Positions 51,288 to 64,000 of a stretch of DNA of 64,000 bases are shown piece after piece. How positions within the stretch are numbered: the first letter of the stretch is position 1; each line of letters starts with the position of its first letter. The notes beneath the pieces are model-generated. The model did no database searches and was not told the DNA's origin. It worked only from the letters and a program-made list of their open reading frames with translations. Position numbers and translations under genes: made by a program. Source of the DNA: Octopus vulgaris (taxonomy: Eukaryota); the NCBI GenBank assembly GCA_951406725.2, contig OX597821.1, positions 90,582,001 through 90,646,000 of the forward strand. Direction: 5' to 3'.

Positions 51288-51503
51288 TGTGTGTGTGTGT
51301 TTGTCCCTCCACAATCACTTGACAATCGATGTTGGTGTGTTTACATCCCTGTAACTTAGCAGTTCGGCAGAAGAAACTGACAGAATAAGTACTAGGCCAA
51401 CAAAGAATAAATCCTAGGGGCGATTTGTTCGACTAAAGGCAGTGATCCAGCATGGCTGCAGTCAAATAATTGAAACAAATAAAAGAAATAATGAAAAAAA
51501 GAA
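51119..51503 (+). mobile_element. SINE family A with deletions
   Basis: Head, internal microsatellite and tail. Confidence 0.8.
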
Positions 51504-51519
51504 TATATGTGTGTGTATA

Positions 51520-51552
51520 TAACCCTAACCCAAAACCTAACCCTAACCCTAA
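51520..51552 (-). repeat. Short interstitial (TTAGGG)n-like tract
   Basis: TAACCCTAACCCAAAACCTAACCCTAACCCTAA. Confidence 0.8.
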
Positions 51553-52434
51553 TGCACAATCCTACCCACACAGATACACATAGATGTATGTATATGATTC
51601 TGTGTGTATTTAAATTAGCAGAACTGTTTTATCAAAGTTTCAGCAGATGCCAACAATGGATCTATAGATTCTGAGTTGTCCATGATCAATACAGCTTTGA
51701 GGTATTTTATCAACTTTTATCTTTTAGTCAGAGATATCAGGGCAATGCATGTGACTATTTATTTTCTAAGAGCCTCCAAATTTGGTAGGAGCAATGGAGA
51801 AAAATTATATCATTCACCAGGTGAATTTTGCTAAAGTATCCATGGACGAGGGTTTGGTGTAACACTCTTAGATGGATGGTCTCTCATCTAAGAACACATA
51901 CTGTAAAGAGCTGGAATAATACCACAGGACATATTATCCAACATTTCATCAAATCCACTGCCATCAGCTGATACCTTATTTTATCAACCATGAAAAGATG
52001 AACAGCGACTTCAACCAAATTTCAATTCAGAGAAGAGAGCTGGAAGAATCCCCTTCAGGTAATTTTTACTCCCCTCTAAAGCAGCTCTACCAATTCATCC
52101 CCTAAAGCTTGGAATGTCATTCCTGACGAATCACTGAAGTGGGATGAGGGTACTGAGTATACAATTGCCCAAAATTCCAACTACCTCCTTTATCTTGATG
52201 TATAAAATCTGTACACGACTTCTAATGGCCTATATATATATATATATAAAAGTAAATAAATGGCACAACGAAGCACCGATATTTACTGGAAAATAGCGAA
52301 CATAATAAATACGACGCTAATGTATAGCTTCACTGCGTATGTACTAGTAAAGATGTGTGTGTGCAACAAACATGAAAAAAATTGTCTTACCTCTAGGAAG
52401 AACATCTGGAAAATGAAAAACCTAGAAACGGATA

Positions 52435-52506
52435 ATGCAGTATCAGTTTCAGACTCTTCGAAATACGTTTGCCAACGTATATATGATTTGTCTTCATCAG
52501 CTGCAT
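52435..52506 (-). ncRNA. Type I hammerhead ribozyme with extended stem II
   Basis: AUGCAG-CUGAUGA-AGAC...GUCU-GAAA-CUGA-UA-CUGCAU; 6-bp stem I and canonical core. Confidence 0.82.
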
Positions 52507-52678
52507 ATACCTCGACAACAATAGATGTGTGTATTTTTCTCTTGTTAACAATTAACACAAAAAATAGATAAATAGTTACCTGGATAGCAAGAAGTCACAC
52601 AAGTAAAAAGGTTGAAACACCTATACATATCTATCATTTTCTGTTAAAACGTCTTATTGACGAGTTTCATTTCTTCTT

Positions 52679-52761
52679 TTCCCTGAAGAGAAGATTACAT
52701 TGCTTTACACCATTTTATTCCTTTGGAATAATACCAGTGGTATCTTTGAAACGTGTTGGAA
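52679..52761 (+). ncRNA. Type I hammerhead ribozyme with extended stem II
   Basis: UUCC-CUGAAGA-GAAGAUUACAUUG...CAGUGGUAUCUUU-GAAA-CGUG-UU-GGAA. Confidence 0.75.
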
Positions 52762-52814
52762 GTAAAAGAATTTGAATAACAACTGAGTTTAACACCATTT
52801 ATATATATATATAC

Positions 52815-52997
52815 ATGTGTGTGTCACTTGACAACTAAGGCTGGTGTGTTTATGTTCCCTTAACTTAGCGGTTCGGCAAAAGGGATTTATAGAATAAGTA
52901 CTAGGCTTACAAAGAATAAGTGCTGGGGTCGATTTGCTCGACTAAAGGCGGTGCTCCAGCATGGCCACAGTCACATGACTGAAACAAGTAAAAGAGT
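52815..52997 (+). mobile_element. SINE A 3' half
   Basis: Family A tail. Confidence 0.82.
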
Positions 52998-53232
52998 GTT
53001 GTTACCTATTACGCCATAGATCAAACTCCTTTATCAGTAAGATGAGATCCGCTTATCAACGACTTATACCGAGACAAACAAAATAAAGGTTAATGTAGTG
53101 TGCCTTGACTGCGTCAACATGGGAACCTAACACAGAATCAGAAGAAAATTCATAGTCAACACTTCCATGCAGTCTTTGAAATGTGAACTAGAAAAGTTAC
53201 CTGCACTTCAGAAAAATAAGAAGCTAAAAATT

Positions 53233-53233
53233 A

Positions 53234-53283
<50 letters not shown>

Positions 53284-53316
53284 TAACGGTAATAATAATG
53301 ATAATAATGATAATAA

Positions 53317-53369
<53 letters not shown>

Positions 53370-53383
53370 TGATGATGATGATG

Positions 53384-53460
<77 letters not shown>
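53233..53460. repeat. (AAT)n microsatellite with GAT interruptions
   Basis: Directly visible. Confidence 0.95.
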
Positions 53461-53461
<1 letters not shown>

Positions 53462-54174
53462 TTAAATATATGTATATAATTTCATATGCATATACAAGAG
53501 GGGAGTGTGAGAGACAGAGGGAAAAAAATTTAAATGACAGAAAGGGATAAAAGACAGGGAGAAAGGGAGAGAAAGAGAGGGAGAGAGAGGGAGAGAGAGA
53601 GAGAGAGTGAGGGAGAGAGAGAGAGCATACTTACTTTCAAAAACTGGCAACAGATTTCGAGAAACGAGTCTATGTTAAGAAACAGAAAATTGAAAAGTAA
53701 AAATATATTATCAAAGAGGCTGTTTTTTAATTACAAATTTTTAGTATTATGGAAAGGAAATTTATGTTCGAAGACATATTTGCAAAGAAAATGTTGTTAT
53801 AGTTCAGGTTACTGTTATGGTTGTTGTTGTTCTTGTTGTTGTTACTGATGTTGCTTTTGTATTGATTATTACTTTTATTTGTTTTTATTATGAAGAAGTA
53901 AGAGAAATACTCTGATAGAATTTCTATGTTAAGGCTTTGTACAACAGATTTTCTTTGAAATAAATTTAAATACACACAGAATCATATACATACACACGTG
54001 CGTCTATGTGTATCTGTGTAGGTGAGACTCTGTGTGTGTGTGTGAGTGTATGTATATATCTATATAAGCATATATGTGTTTGCATATACATACACACACA
54101 CACACGAACATGCACACACACACATATGTAGGTATATATGTCTCTATATATATGTATATATATGTATGTATATA

Positions 54175-54237
<63 letters not shown>

Positions 54238-54303
54238 GCATATGCGTGTGAATGTATATATATATACATATATACAGACCTATATATATGAGATTGTGTG
54301 TAT

Positions 54304-54351
<48 letters not shown>

Positions 54352-55521
54352 CATATATATATATATGTATGTATATGAGATATATGATAATGTGTATATT
54401 TATATACATACACACACAAACACATCTATGTGCATAGATACACTTATACACTCAGAGATATATAAGAACGACTATATCTTTCTCTATATATTCGCACTTT
54501 TTTTGGTAATTCTTTCATTTCGGTTATCTTTACACACCCCTCTTTATATCTCTTGCTTTTTCTCTCTCTTCTTTTCTTTACATTTAACCCATAATTGGTA
54601 ATAAAGATTAAAGACAACCAATGTTTATGGGTAAAATCTTTTCTAAAGTTTATACCAGCTGCCAGACACATTATGGCTGCCATTCTATCTTCGTTCTATT
54701 GTAAATACCACGTAGCAGTAATTTTCTGAATATTCAAATTTTATTGCATTTATCTACCATAAAGAAATATTTACTGCAAAAACAGAGAGAAAGAAAGAAC
54801 AGCGAAAAGCCGTTCACTTTTAATAGAGTGTTGTTAGACTTCAACCACAAAATACAGCGATGGTAGTGGTGGTGGTGGTGGTTGGTTGTTGTTAGTTTTT
54901 GTAATGGTGGTGTTGGTGTAGTGGTATATGTGGTAGTGATTGTAGTGGTAATGGGGGGGGGGATAGTGGGAGTAGTGAGAGATGAAGTTTAATGAATGAT
55001 GAGGCATTGTTGGAGGCAACGGAAAATAGGTAAACGCTGATATAGAAATAGTTCTGATCGTACGATCCAAAAATGTGAAATCAATAACTGATCTTTGATC
55101 ATTACAAATGTTTGCTGATATATTTGCAATCAACCGCCAGAACAATGATGACCACAACAACAATAACACAACAAGCAAAACCAAACAACAAAGAAAGTTA
55201 GTAAATGATAAGACAGAAAAGAAGGAGGAAAATGACATAAAATAACTGATATTGCAAAAAACAAGTTATATATATATATATATATGTATATATATGTATA
55301 TATATATGTATATATATGTATATATATACACACACCAACACATACATATACATATATATGTGTATGTGTGTATATATATATACACATATACATACATATA
55401 TACATACACACATATTTATATATATAATGTATATGTATATAATGCATATATATAATATATATATATATAATGTATGTGTATATATAATATATATATATGT
55501 GTGTGTATGTGTATATATATG

Positions 55522-55599
<78 letters not shown>

Positions 55600-56598
55600 T
55601 ATATACATATATATGTGTGCTTATATATTTTTTAATGTATATATATATTGATTATTCCCATTTTTCTTGTAATGTATTGACAAAGATTACTAGAATACAT
55701 TATACCCAAAAGTTACAGAATTCTCGATGACAGAGGCCTAGGTATTGTCATGCCATTCTAGTATATATTGAACATTAAAATGTGTTAATTACTTAGAAGA
55801 GTTAAACACACAATATATCATGTAGCATTGAGTGGGGCTACTAATGTAATCGCAGAACCTACTAAAAATAACATTCAAATCGCCTGTGAATTAAAGGCTT
55901 TTCTTTTAAATAAGTGAAGGACATATTGGATAATATTGTTGTAGATACCATAATGAAAGTGGGTGGCTGTAGTCTGCATGTTTTTGTTCATAATTTTATT
56001 CATTCAATATTGATATGTAGCAAAAGAACAACAAAATGTTACACCAACGATGCATATATACATACACACACGCACATGCCCATACACACACATGCATATA
56101 TATATATATATACAGAGAGAGTGAGAGAGAGAGACATACATATACATATGTAAGTATATGGTTAATTAGAAAAATAATTACTGCATAGTCATATTAAAAC
56201 ATATATCTTTTGTGCAAAGCATTTGGCAAAGAGCACAGAATAATGGAAAACAAGTCAAGCTTAGCACACTTACAAAATTTACAAATATTCAGCTAAAATG
56301 TTCAGATGTTTAAAAATAAAATTTAAGCTTTATACTATAGTATATACATTCTATATTATACATCCAGATACATTGTCATTCTCATGATCAGATGTTCATA
56401 GAAAAGTATGAGACTCATAAAAATTTTGATGATTATTTGTACTGTGGAGTAGAAGTGATGATATAATGAAACCACCAGAACATTAAAATCACAATATATT
56501 TTAAATTTGCTTCATAAAATTCTTTAAAATAGGAAAAAAAATATCATTTAAATTAACACAAGAAATAGAATTTAAAGCTAACTTACAGAAATAAGCTC

Positions 56599-56651
<53 letters not shown>

Positions 56652-56654
<3 letters not shown>

Positions 56655-56872
56655 CTTACTCTCTTACTCTTTTCTTTTACTTGTTTCAGTCATTTGACTG
56701 CGGCCATGCTGCAGCACCGCCTTTAGTCGAGCAAATTGACCCCGGGACTTATTCTTTGTAAGCCCAGTACTTATTCTATCGGTCTCTTTTGCCGAACCGC
56801 TAAGTGACGGGGACGTAAACACACCAGCATCAGTTGTCAAGCAATGCCAGGGGGACAAACACCGACACACAA

Positions 56873-56907
<35 letters not shown>

Positions 56908-57062
56908 CATATATACGACGGGCTTCTTTCAGTTTCCGTCTACCAAATCCACTCACAAGGCATTGGTCGGCCCGGGGCTATAGCAGAAGACACTTGCCCA
57001 AGATACCACGCAGTGGGACTGAACCCAGAACCATGTGGTTAGTTAGCAAGCTACTTAACACA
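56652..57062 (-). mobile_element. Full-length SINE family A
   Basis: Both halves present; the tail abuts (AAT)n. Confidence 0.9.
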
Positions 57063-57069
57063 TACCCAA

Positions 57070-57510
57070 GCCTATTCTCCATTTTTTTTAAAGAGAGGGT
57101 AGCCTCAACAAGACACATACCAGGCATTCCATTCATTTCCCAGCTCAAAGAGGTCAGCCCCATTCTATGCTCAGGTCAAGGCATAGAACACAACCCCCAC
57201 TATCAGCAGTGGGGCTTGACAACATATTCGGATTTACCCCCTGCTGCATCATGCTAGTTCTGTACCCATTTGAGCACCATTAAATTCACTCATCTGTCCA
57301 CAAACACTCTCCAAGCTTTCCTATTATTTATAAACTCTCTTGCCTCTCTCATTAACACCTCTAACCACCAAAGCTTTCCTCATTCCATCCATCAAGAGAA
57401 ACCAAGGTCTGCGCTGGTTCTGCTGTTCTGCTGCTTACCACTTCTGCCTCCTTAGCACACTCCTCATCCATCCTCTCCATGTGGCCAGACCACTTCAACA
57501 CTTGTCTAGT
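57070..57510 (-). mobile_element. Old RTE-clade LINE remnant (second family)
   Basis: VLKWSGHMERMDEE..., then, frameshifted, WMDGMRKALVVRG...NNRKAWRVFVDR*. Confidence 0.7.
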
Positions 57511-59039
57511 AGGAATCAATGTCTCTCAGCATAATTGTTAGCATACTGGGCAAAATGACTTAATCCGTTTGTCTGTCCTTGTTTGTCCCTCTGTGTTTAG
57601 CCCCTTGTGTAGTATTTCATCTGTCATTCATGCTCTGAGTTCAAATTCCAACTTTACCAACTTCCATCATTTTGAGGTCGATAAAATAAGAAACAGTTGA
57701 TGTAATCAATTTACTCCCTCCCACTGAACTTGTTGGTCTTGTGCCAAAATTTGATATCAATAATAGCATAATTACTTTGAGCAAAGAAATTAGCACAGAA
57801 CCCAACAAAATTTAAAAAACAAAAATGGTGTTTAATGCAGTAATACTTTCCATTATTGACACTGTGCCTGGAATTTTGGGGAAGATGACTATTCACTTTC
57901 ATTGACAACAATATTCAGATGGTACTTATCTGATTGACTCTGCAAAAGTGAAAGGAAACGTTAACCAAAGTGGAATTGAACTCAGAACCTAAAGACAAAT
58001 GAAATGATGCTAAGCTTTTTTTCATATCATAGTGATATATATATGGTCAGTGCACACAAAGACATACAAGAACATAGGATTAAGCCGCATACTGAAATAA
58101 ATATATATAATATATCGTACATCTTCTTTAACCACTGTCATATTTTTAGCAGTCAGGCATTTATGAAAATATACTGAAACAAGAGGCCAAATACGGTTCT
58201 TTTCCATCCATCACCAGTTTCTACTTCATGGTGTATATAAACTGTAAAATTCACATATGACTCTCTTTGTTATTCTGTTGATGAAATATCACATGTCGAT
58301 ATACATTTTATGAGTGTCTTATTGCTAAAAACACAATTGTATCTAGAGGAAATATAGAATATATTATATAGTTATTTTGAAACAGCCTGGTTTCATTTTC
58401 AAGTTTTTCATCATTTTAGCTATAATTTTAAATATCATCTTAACATCATATCAGGATGATACTCATCACCATTTTTACAGCTGCTTTTTCCATCTCCCAA
58501 TGGGATGAACAAGAATTCTTGAAGTTACACTCTGTAGTCTGATACTGTTTGTAATGCTAACTCTTATCATAAAGTAAGGTATTTTATTCTGCTAGTGGTT
58601 TCTGCAAATCAAATCACAAAGATGTGAAACAAATTGCTTATGCAGGACATAAATGACATTGCTATTACACACAAAAACTAACACAAAAATGTGTGCAAAT
58701 GCACACGCACACACACGCACATGCACATACACACATGCACACACACACACATGCACACACACATTTACACACATACATAAAAGTGATGGTGTATGTTTCT
58801 AGTCTTTCAAATAAAACAGGTCTACCACTGGGGAAATATTACCTTACTTGCAAACAGTTTAGGGTTAGCAACAGGAAGAGCATCTAACTGCAGAAAAATC
58901 TGCCTCAACAAATGCAAGTATGAGAAAGCAGATGTTTAAACAATGATGATGATGATATACTTCTGCTTTGGCAATATACATATGCATACAAATATACACA
59001 CACACATATGTATGTGTGTGTGTGTATGTATATATATCA

Positions 59040-59890
59040 TTATTAAGTTTATTTCAAGATTTCTTGTCAATAGAGAAAGAATCAGTTTCTAACCTACATC
59101 CAAGGTTTCTTCATTGGAATTTCAACATCAACAATAGGGTATTTTTGCTTGTATGTATGTATGCATGTATGTATGTATGTATGCATGTATGTATGTATGT
59201 ATGTATGTATGTATGTATGTATGTATGTATGTATGTATGTATGTATGTATGTATGTGCAGATTTGTAGGTTTCACGTATGCATTCTCATGCATATAGTTG
59301 CATATCTAGACATGCTCATATATATTTAAATGATAAGTTTTACAGATTTTTACATTTCCAGTGATGGATTGGATCTGTAGTCTTCAAATTAGCTTTCTCC
59401 TTTCTGGTTTCGAGAAGCCTAATTTCTCAAGATTGGTACTTAGGCAGTATTACATATGATATCCCAGGGCCCCAATAATTACAGGTATAAACCTGAATTT
59501 ATAATCTGGATAGAGTAACTGCAGATTTCTCAACAGTTCAGCATAGGTGCTCTCTTTTTCACTGATCTTCAGCTTTATATTAACATCTGCTGGGCAGCTA
59601 ATTTCCACAACTGTGCACAGTTTCTCTTCCCTATCCCAAATCATTATATCAGGTCTGTTGTACTTACATTCTATTGAGGCCTTCACTGGTACATTCCACC
59701 AGTATTCCTTTTCATTATGAGTGGCTATGGCTTCTACCATACTGTGGGTTCTTATTTCTTTGTTCTCGGGTTTATCCTTCTGACAGATTTCATTATAGAG
59801 TGTCATAGCTACAACGTCTTGTCTCACCAGTAGATAATACCCTGATGACATTTTCAGACAACTGCTTATGATGTGGGTGATATCTTAAGT
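59040..59890 (-). mobile_element. R4/Dong-like non-LTR retrotransposon 3' end (RLE domain)
   Basis: HIISSCLKMS..RQDVVA..YWWNVP..KYNRPDIMIWD..VVEISCPAD..EKESTY..IPVIIGALG (PD-D/E nuclease); 3' UTR contains (TACA)n. Confidence 0.88.
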
Positions 59891-59969
59891 GTGAACTCCA
59901 TAAAATCTGTATCATTCATCATATTTTACTACTTTTCATTCATCCATCTGGCCAGCCAGCCAGCCAGCC

Positions 59970-60053
<84 letters not shown>

Positions 60054-60099
60054 GTCTACGTTCATCTATTTCTCTTTTTAATTTTAGAGTAAATTTTGA

Positions 60100-60420
60100 C
60101 TAGCCACCTACTTTGGTAGCAAGATTGTGAAGGAAAGTATCATAATTTAACCATAATCCTTTAAATCTTAAGAAGGTCAGGCAGATTATTACAGTCCTAA
60201 ATATTGTGATCCTTCATAACAAGAGAATTAAGTATTTGCATTCTCTCCCCCAAATCCCAAGTTTAGCAATACTTTGCCCCAGATATGTTGGTATAAATCC
60301 TGTTGAATCAATAATAATAGGTATGGAGCTGAAAGTATATTTGAGTTCTGGATTTGAAAACTCCTTACCAATGGTCCATAGATATCCTCTTTCTCTCGTG
60401 TTTTTCTAACCATATTCGTA
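60100..60420 (-). mobile_element. Second R4/Dong-like C-terminal remnant
   Basis: KTREKEDIYGPLVRSFQI, then, frameshifted, YTFSSIPIIIDSTGFIP. Confidence 0.7.
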
Positions 60421-60455
60421 AATATGTGTGTATATATACATATACATAGATACAT

Positions 60456-60642
60456 ATTGACCAGCTAATTCGTACATTACAAATGCAATCTGTGAGTGGA
60501 TCAGTAAAAATATGCAAGACTTTTCTAAAGTTTGAAATGTGAATTTGCTTGTGTTAACTACATCCCAAAGATGGAGTCTTGTATCTTTTTTGGAAACCGG
60601 CTCCCTCCTCAGTGGAAGGTTTATAATAATTTTTTAAAAAAA
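60456..60642 (+). mobile_element. Third R4/Dong-like extreme 3' end
   Basis: IDQLIRTLQMQSVSGSVKICKTFLKFEM*, and a UTR motif like 29280-29320. Confidence 0.75.
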
Positions 60643-60822
60643 GAGAGAGACACATACACATACACACACACACTCATGCACACACACACACATACACATA
60701 TATATGTATTTATGCATGTATGTATGTATGTATGTATGTATATATATGGTGCTCAGTAGTCGTCTACTCATTATGCAGAGTTTGACCACCTACTGTACCT
60801 ACACCTATATATATATATATAA

Positions 60823-60854
<32 letters not shown>

Positions 60855-60855
<1 letters not shown>

Positions 60856-61061
60856 CCAAAGAAATATGCGCAGTTTACGGTGATGTTTCTTTATCCAAAA
60901 GAACTGTACGGAAGTAGTTCACAAGGTTCCGAGCTGGAGATTGTAGCCTTATTGATAAAGAGCGATCAGGCAGATCATCCACTACAAATGATGACCAAAT
61001 TAAGTCATTAATTGAAAATAACCCACATTGCACAACACTAGAATTGGCAGAAAGCCTCAAC
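60855..61061 (+). mobile_element. mariner transposase N-terminal fragment
   Basis: TKEICAVYGDVSLSKRTVRK*FTRFRAGDCSLIDKERSGRSSTTNDDQIKSLIENNPHCTTLELAESLN. Confidence 0.85.
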
Positions 61062-61524
61062 CACATTAAATATCAACACTATTATTATTACACACACATT
61101 GAAATCAAGGAAGCAAGCCAAAGGAAATTCATAAAAGTTAGTTATTTCTGGATCGGCTGATTTCTGGATTAACCCTTAATTACATTTATGATTTCACCTT
61201 AATAGGTCTATATTTTTATATGCTGGTCACTGATAAAATTTTTTACAATTTTATCATTTTATATTATAATTATATATATATATATATATATTAGTTTTAG
61301 CTATGCATGTGATAGTATGCTGATTAAAGCAGATTTACTGTCTGTGGCTACCTAATGTCATCAACAGTGTAGATATAAAATGCCACTTGATTTAAATAGC
61401 AAATGAGAGAATATGGAATTCATGAGATTCTTTATTAATCACTAACAATCTTTGTGATTAATAAACACTTTCCTGAATTCTATTTTCTTTCTCTTTCTCT
61501 CATTTACTATGTATGTATATTATG

Positions 61525-61565
<41 letters not shown>

Positions 61566-61835
61566 CATACATAGTAAATTATATATATATATATATATAT
61601 ACTCATACACTCATACATACACATATGTACACAAGTACAAATACGTTGATGTGTGTGTTCATCCTCATAGGGTTCTGTCTAACCAAGAAATTCTTAAACC
61701 TCTTTTCTTCTTGCATTATTTAATATTTTCTTTTCTTTTTTTAAAGCAATGACTCCCCTCTGGTTATCTGGAGATAAGAGCAGTCAATTCTCTTTTCATA
61801 CATTCTCAATACATGCATACACACATGCACACATG

Positions 61836-61869
<34 letters not shown>

Positions 61870-61929
61870 AGTATAGTGTGTGCAGTGGAAGTATGTTGGG
61901 TTCATATATGTGTGTGTATGTGTGTGTAT

Positions 61930-61975
61930 ATGCACACACACACATAGATAGATAAATAGACAGACGGCCATATAG

Positions 61976-62006
<31 letters not shown>

Positions 62007-62178
62007 AGAGAGAGATAGACAGACATATAGATAGACAGACAGACAGACAGATAAATAGATAGATAGATTGATGGATAGATAGATAGATAGATAGATAGAT
62101 AGCTAGATAGATAGATAGATGGATGGCTAGGTTGATAAATAAACACACACATAGATAGATAAATAGACAGACGGCCAT

Positions 62179-62210
<32 letters not shown>

Positions 62211-62372
62211 GCAGACAGACATACGGACAGACAGATGGATTGATGGATGGATGGATTGATGGATGGACGGATGGACGGACGGACGGATGGACGGATGTAT
62301 AGATAGACAGTTAGGTAGATAGATAGATAGACAGACAGACAGGTAGGTAGGCAGGCAGACACATACATACAT
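61930..62372. repeat. Compound (GATA)/(GACA)/(GATG)/(GACG) microsatellite with ~210-bp duplication
   Basis: GATAAATAGACAGACGGCCATATAG at ~61951 and ~62158. Confidence 0.9.
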
Positions 62373-63272
62373 ATTGAAATGAAAAGCAGGAATGAAGGGG
62401 ACAAAGTTAGAATGGAAAGTCACAGAAGTTGATGCTAAATAATGTGAAGAATGGAAAAAGAGAGAGGGAGAGAAAAAGTGCAAGATATTGGGAGTAATAT
62501 TGAGATGACTCAGTATAATTTGTCGTTTATAAATACTAGTTCTGTATTGTTTTTTTCTCTGGTAAATTCTTCATTTTGTTGTTTTTATTCTTAATATTCT
62601 TGTTGTTGGTGTAAACAATTATAAGGGAAAGTGAAAGTAAGCCAACGTCATTTGGAAAGAAATAGATCAAAGGCAAAGAAGGAAGGAAGCAAAATCAACA
62701 ACAGTGACAACAACAACAACAACAACAGCAGCAACAACATCAACAGCAGCAACAACAAACAGAAGAATGATATCTGAGAAATGAACAAATACTAAAAAGA
62801 ATTCATGAGAAAAAGATAAAAAAATGAAGCAAAAGTAAAACACAAAAAAAATAAACAGAATGAAAGGAGAGAAGAAGGACTGAAAGAATATAGGGAAAGA
62901 AGTAAAATGATTATGGAGATTTCTAGAAATATGACCCCCCCCCCCCCCTGCAGCGCCCGTCACAACACAAAAACAGAAAAAGATAAGTGGAGGAAGAATT
63001 TGCTACAAAATTTTATAAAAGTATAAGAAAAATGTTGGAATGTCTTAGGATCTAAGAAGCACAACAAACAAAAACTATCAGGAAGTGACCTGGTAATTAT
63101 TAGGATCAAATGTGCCACTATTTTGTCAATCAATACAACTTAAATTCATATCAATCTCAGCCAGAAGTTATTTGATATATGCTTATACACACACATACAC
63201 ACACACACACATACATGCAAGCGTGCACACATACACTCACACACATTTATATGTATGTATGATCTAGCTAGT

Positions 63273-63666
63273 GGAGGCGCAATGGCCCAGTGGTTAGGGC
63301 AGCGGACTCGCGGTCGTAGGATCGCGGTTTCGATTCCAAGACCGGGCATTGTGAGTGTTTATTGAGCGAAAACACCTAAAAGCTCCACGAGGCTCCGGCA
63401 GGGGATGGTGGTGAACCCTGCTGTACTCTTTCACCACAACTTTCTCTCACTCTTTCTTCTTCTTTCTGTTTCTGTTGTACCTGTATTTCAAAGGGCCAGC
63501 CTTGTCACACTCTGTGTCACGCTGAATCTCCTCAAGAACTACGTTAAGGGTACACGTGTCTGTGGAGTGCTCAGCCACTTACATGTTAATTTCACGAACG
63601 GGCTGTTCCGTTGATTTGGATCAACCAGAACCCTCGTCGTCGTAACCGACGGAGTGCTTCCATTCC
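63273..63666 (+). mobile_element. Young tRNA-derived SINE (family C tail) with ~76-bp flanking direct repeat
   Basis: GGAGGCGCAATGGCCCAGTGGTTAGGGC...GGTTTCGATTCC; CpG-rich; flanks at 63185-63268 and 63667-63742. Confidence 0.88.
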
Positions 63667-64000
63667 ATACACACACATACACACATACATGCAAGCATGC
63701 ACACATACACTTACACACATTTATATATATGTATGATCTAGCCCTCATCATATCAAGGAGATGACTGCTTCTGCCACTGGCACCACACCCTCACGCCAAT
63801 GCCAACACCAAGAATGGGAAACTAATACTGATGAAAATGCAACATGAAGGGAAACCTAATTTTACTGTTGCTGCTCATCCTCCTCCTGTTCCCCCCACTA
63901 CTACTGCTGCTGCTGCAGATGCTGCTGCTGCTATGACTGCTATGGCTACTACAGCAACTAATAATAATGCTTTCTACTGGAAGCACATGGCCTGAAATTT

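Noticed and set aside
52260-52571. Overlapping 103-aa and 91-aa ORFs on opposite strands
   Set aside because: No recognisable domain; the region is explained by a hammerhead-bearing repeat.
63273-63345. tRNA gene
   Set aside because: A and B boxes are present, but there is no proper acceptor stem and the sequence continues into a SINE body.

Overview
AT-rich eukaryotic (animal) DNA with no recognisable host protein-coding exon; it is probably intronic or intergenic. The repeat families, and their dense packing into (TA)n/(TG)n/(GATA)n microsatellites, suggest a coleoid cephalopod, most likely Octopus (inference from memory of these families, not a database search). Nearly all ORFs in the supplied track are microsatellite translations. 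Real content: many copies of three tRNA-derived SINE families; 5'-truncated LINEs (RTE, CR1-like, L1/Tx1-like, R4/Dong-like); a Penelope-like element (Neptune type) with an open GIY-YIG endonuclease frame; mariner remnants; a non-autonomous Helitron; and a U6 pseudogene fragment. The most striking hidden layer is about 15 compact type I hammerhead-ribozyme motifs, intact to decayed, from roughly a dozen unrelated flanking-sequence families. Five of them carry the compensatory U3-A8 core, two share an unusual U.U at the base of stem II, two sit in a ~325-bp palindrome, and one sits in a circularly permuted 357-bp retrozyme-like unit. RTE 3' UTRs additionally carry arrays of a compact pseudoknot-like motif. 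All structures and alignments were read by eye, and element boundaries are approximate.
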